A stretch of 63,343 nucleotides of DNA, the filler included, from Chrysochromulina tobinii (Eukaryota): the NCBI GenBank assembly GCA_001275005.1. It is 9 parts of 9 records of this genome, joined end to end, with 100 filler letters (N's around TTAATTAATTAA, not from the genome) between each part and the next. Parts side by side here need not be neighbours in the genome. Positions count along the whole stretch, not along the records: positions 61,694 to 63,343 come from JWZX01000298.1; 8 more parts are not named here. One strand, 5' to 3'. A program made the position numbers and the translations under genes. Below the pieces are notes generated by a model. The model worked only from the letters and a program-made list of their open reading frames with translations, searched no databases and was not told where the DNA came from. The stretch's first letter is position 1; each line of letters opens with the position of its first letter. Of this stretch, positions 63,232 through 63,343 are shown piece after piece.

Positions 63232-63343
63232 CTCGCCTTGGAGAGCGGTGGCCTTCCATCCAGTGGCTGTAGTGTTGGCATGCGTGTGTAAGGTGGCGCC
63301 TTGGGGGGGCGGCAGCGAACTCGGCGGGGGTGACGAGGGGGTG

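Noticed and set aside
1..63343. tRNA, rRNA, transposase or reverse transcriptase genes
   Set aside because: None recognised in the window, so the enzyme behind the proposed intron insertions is not seen here.

Overview
GC-rich, gene-dense eukaryotic (algal) genomic DNA. It is nine contigs joined by eight identical 100-nt artificial spacers (N44-TTAATTAATTAA-N44), so nothing can be inferred about adjacency across spacers. Gene families, short GT/GC-AG introns and the LRR/ankyrin expansions look haptophyte-like (possibly Chrysochromulina-type; inference only). Recognisable genes: CK2-alpha, CaMK-type kinase with a GRAM-like tail, FkbM-type methyltransferase, DGK1-like kinase, ankyrin array, WD40, a BMT5-like/TruA-like/RRM fusion, MLH1, RPL13A, RPL27, DUF179, a BtuF-like binding protein, an internally deleted eIF4G-like gene, a receptor-like PTPMT1-type phosphatase, an RI-type LRR protein, a TTLL glutamylase, a Rab GTPase and a multi-lectin protein, plus satellite and dispersed repeats. 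The most striking signal is a set of six introns in the TTLL and phosphatase genes. Each consists of a direct duplication (about 12-36 nt, some decayed) of the adjacent exon end plus an inserted module (10-nt CTGAT-type satellite and/or a shared branch/acceptor tail), so that one splice site comes from the duplicated exon and the other from the insert. This suggests an intron-generating mechanism.
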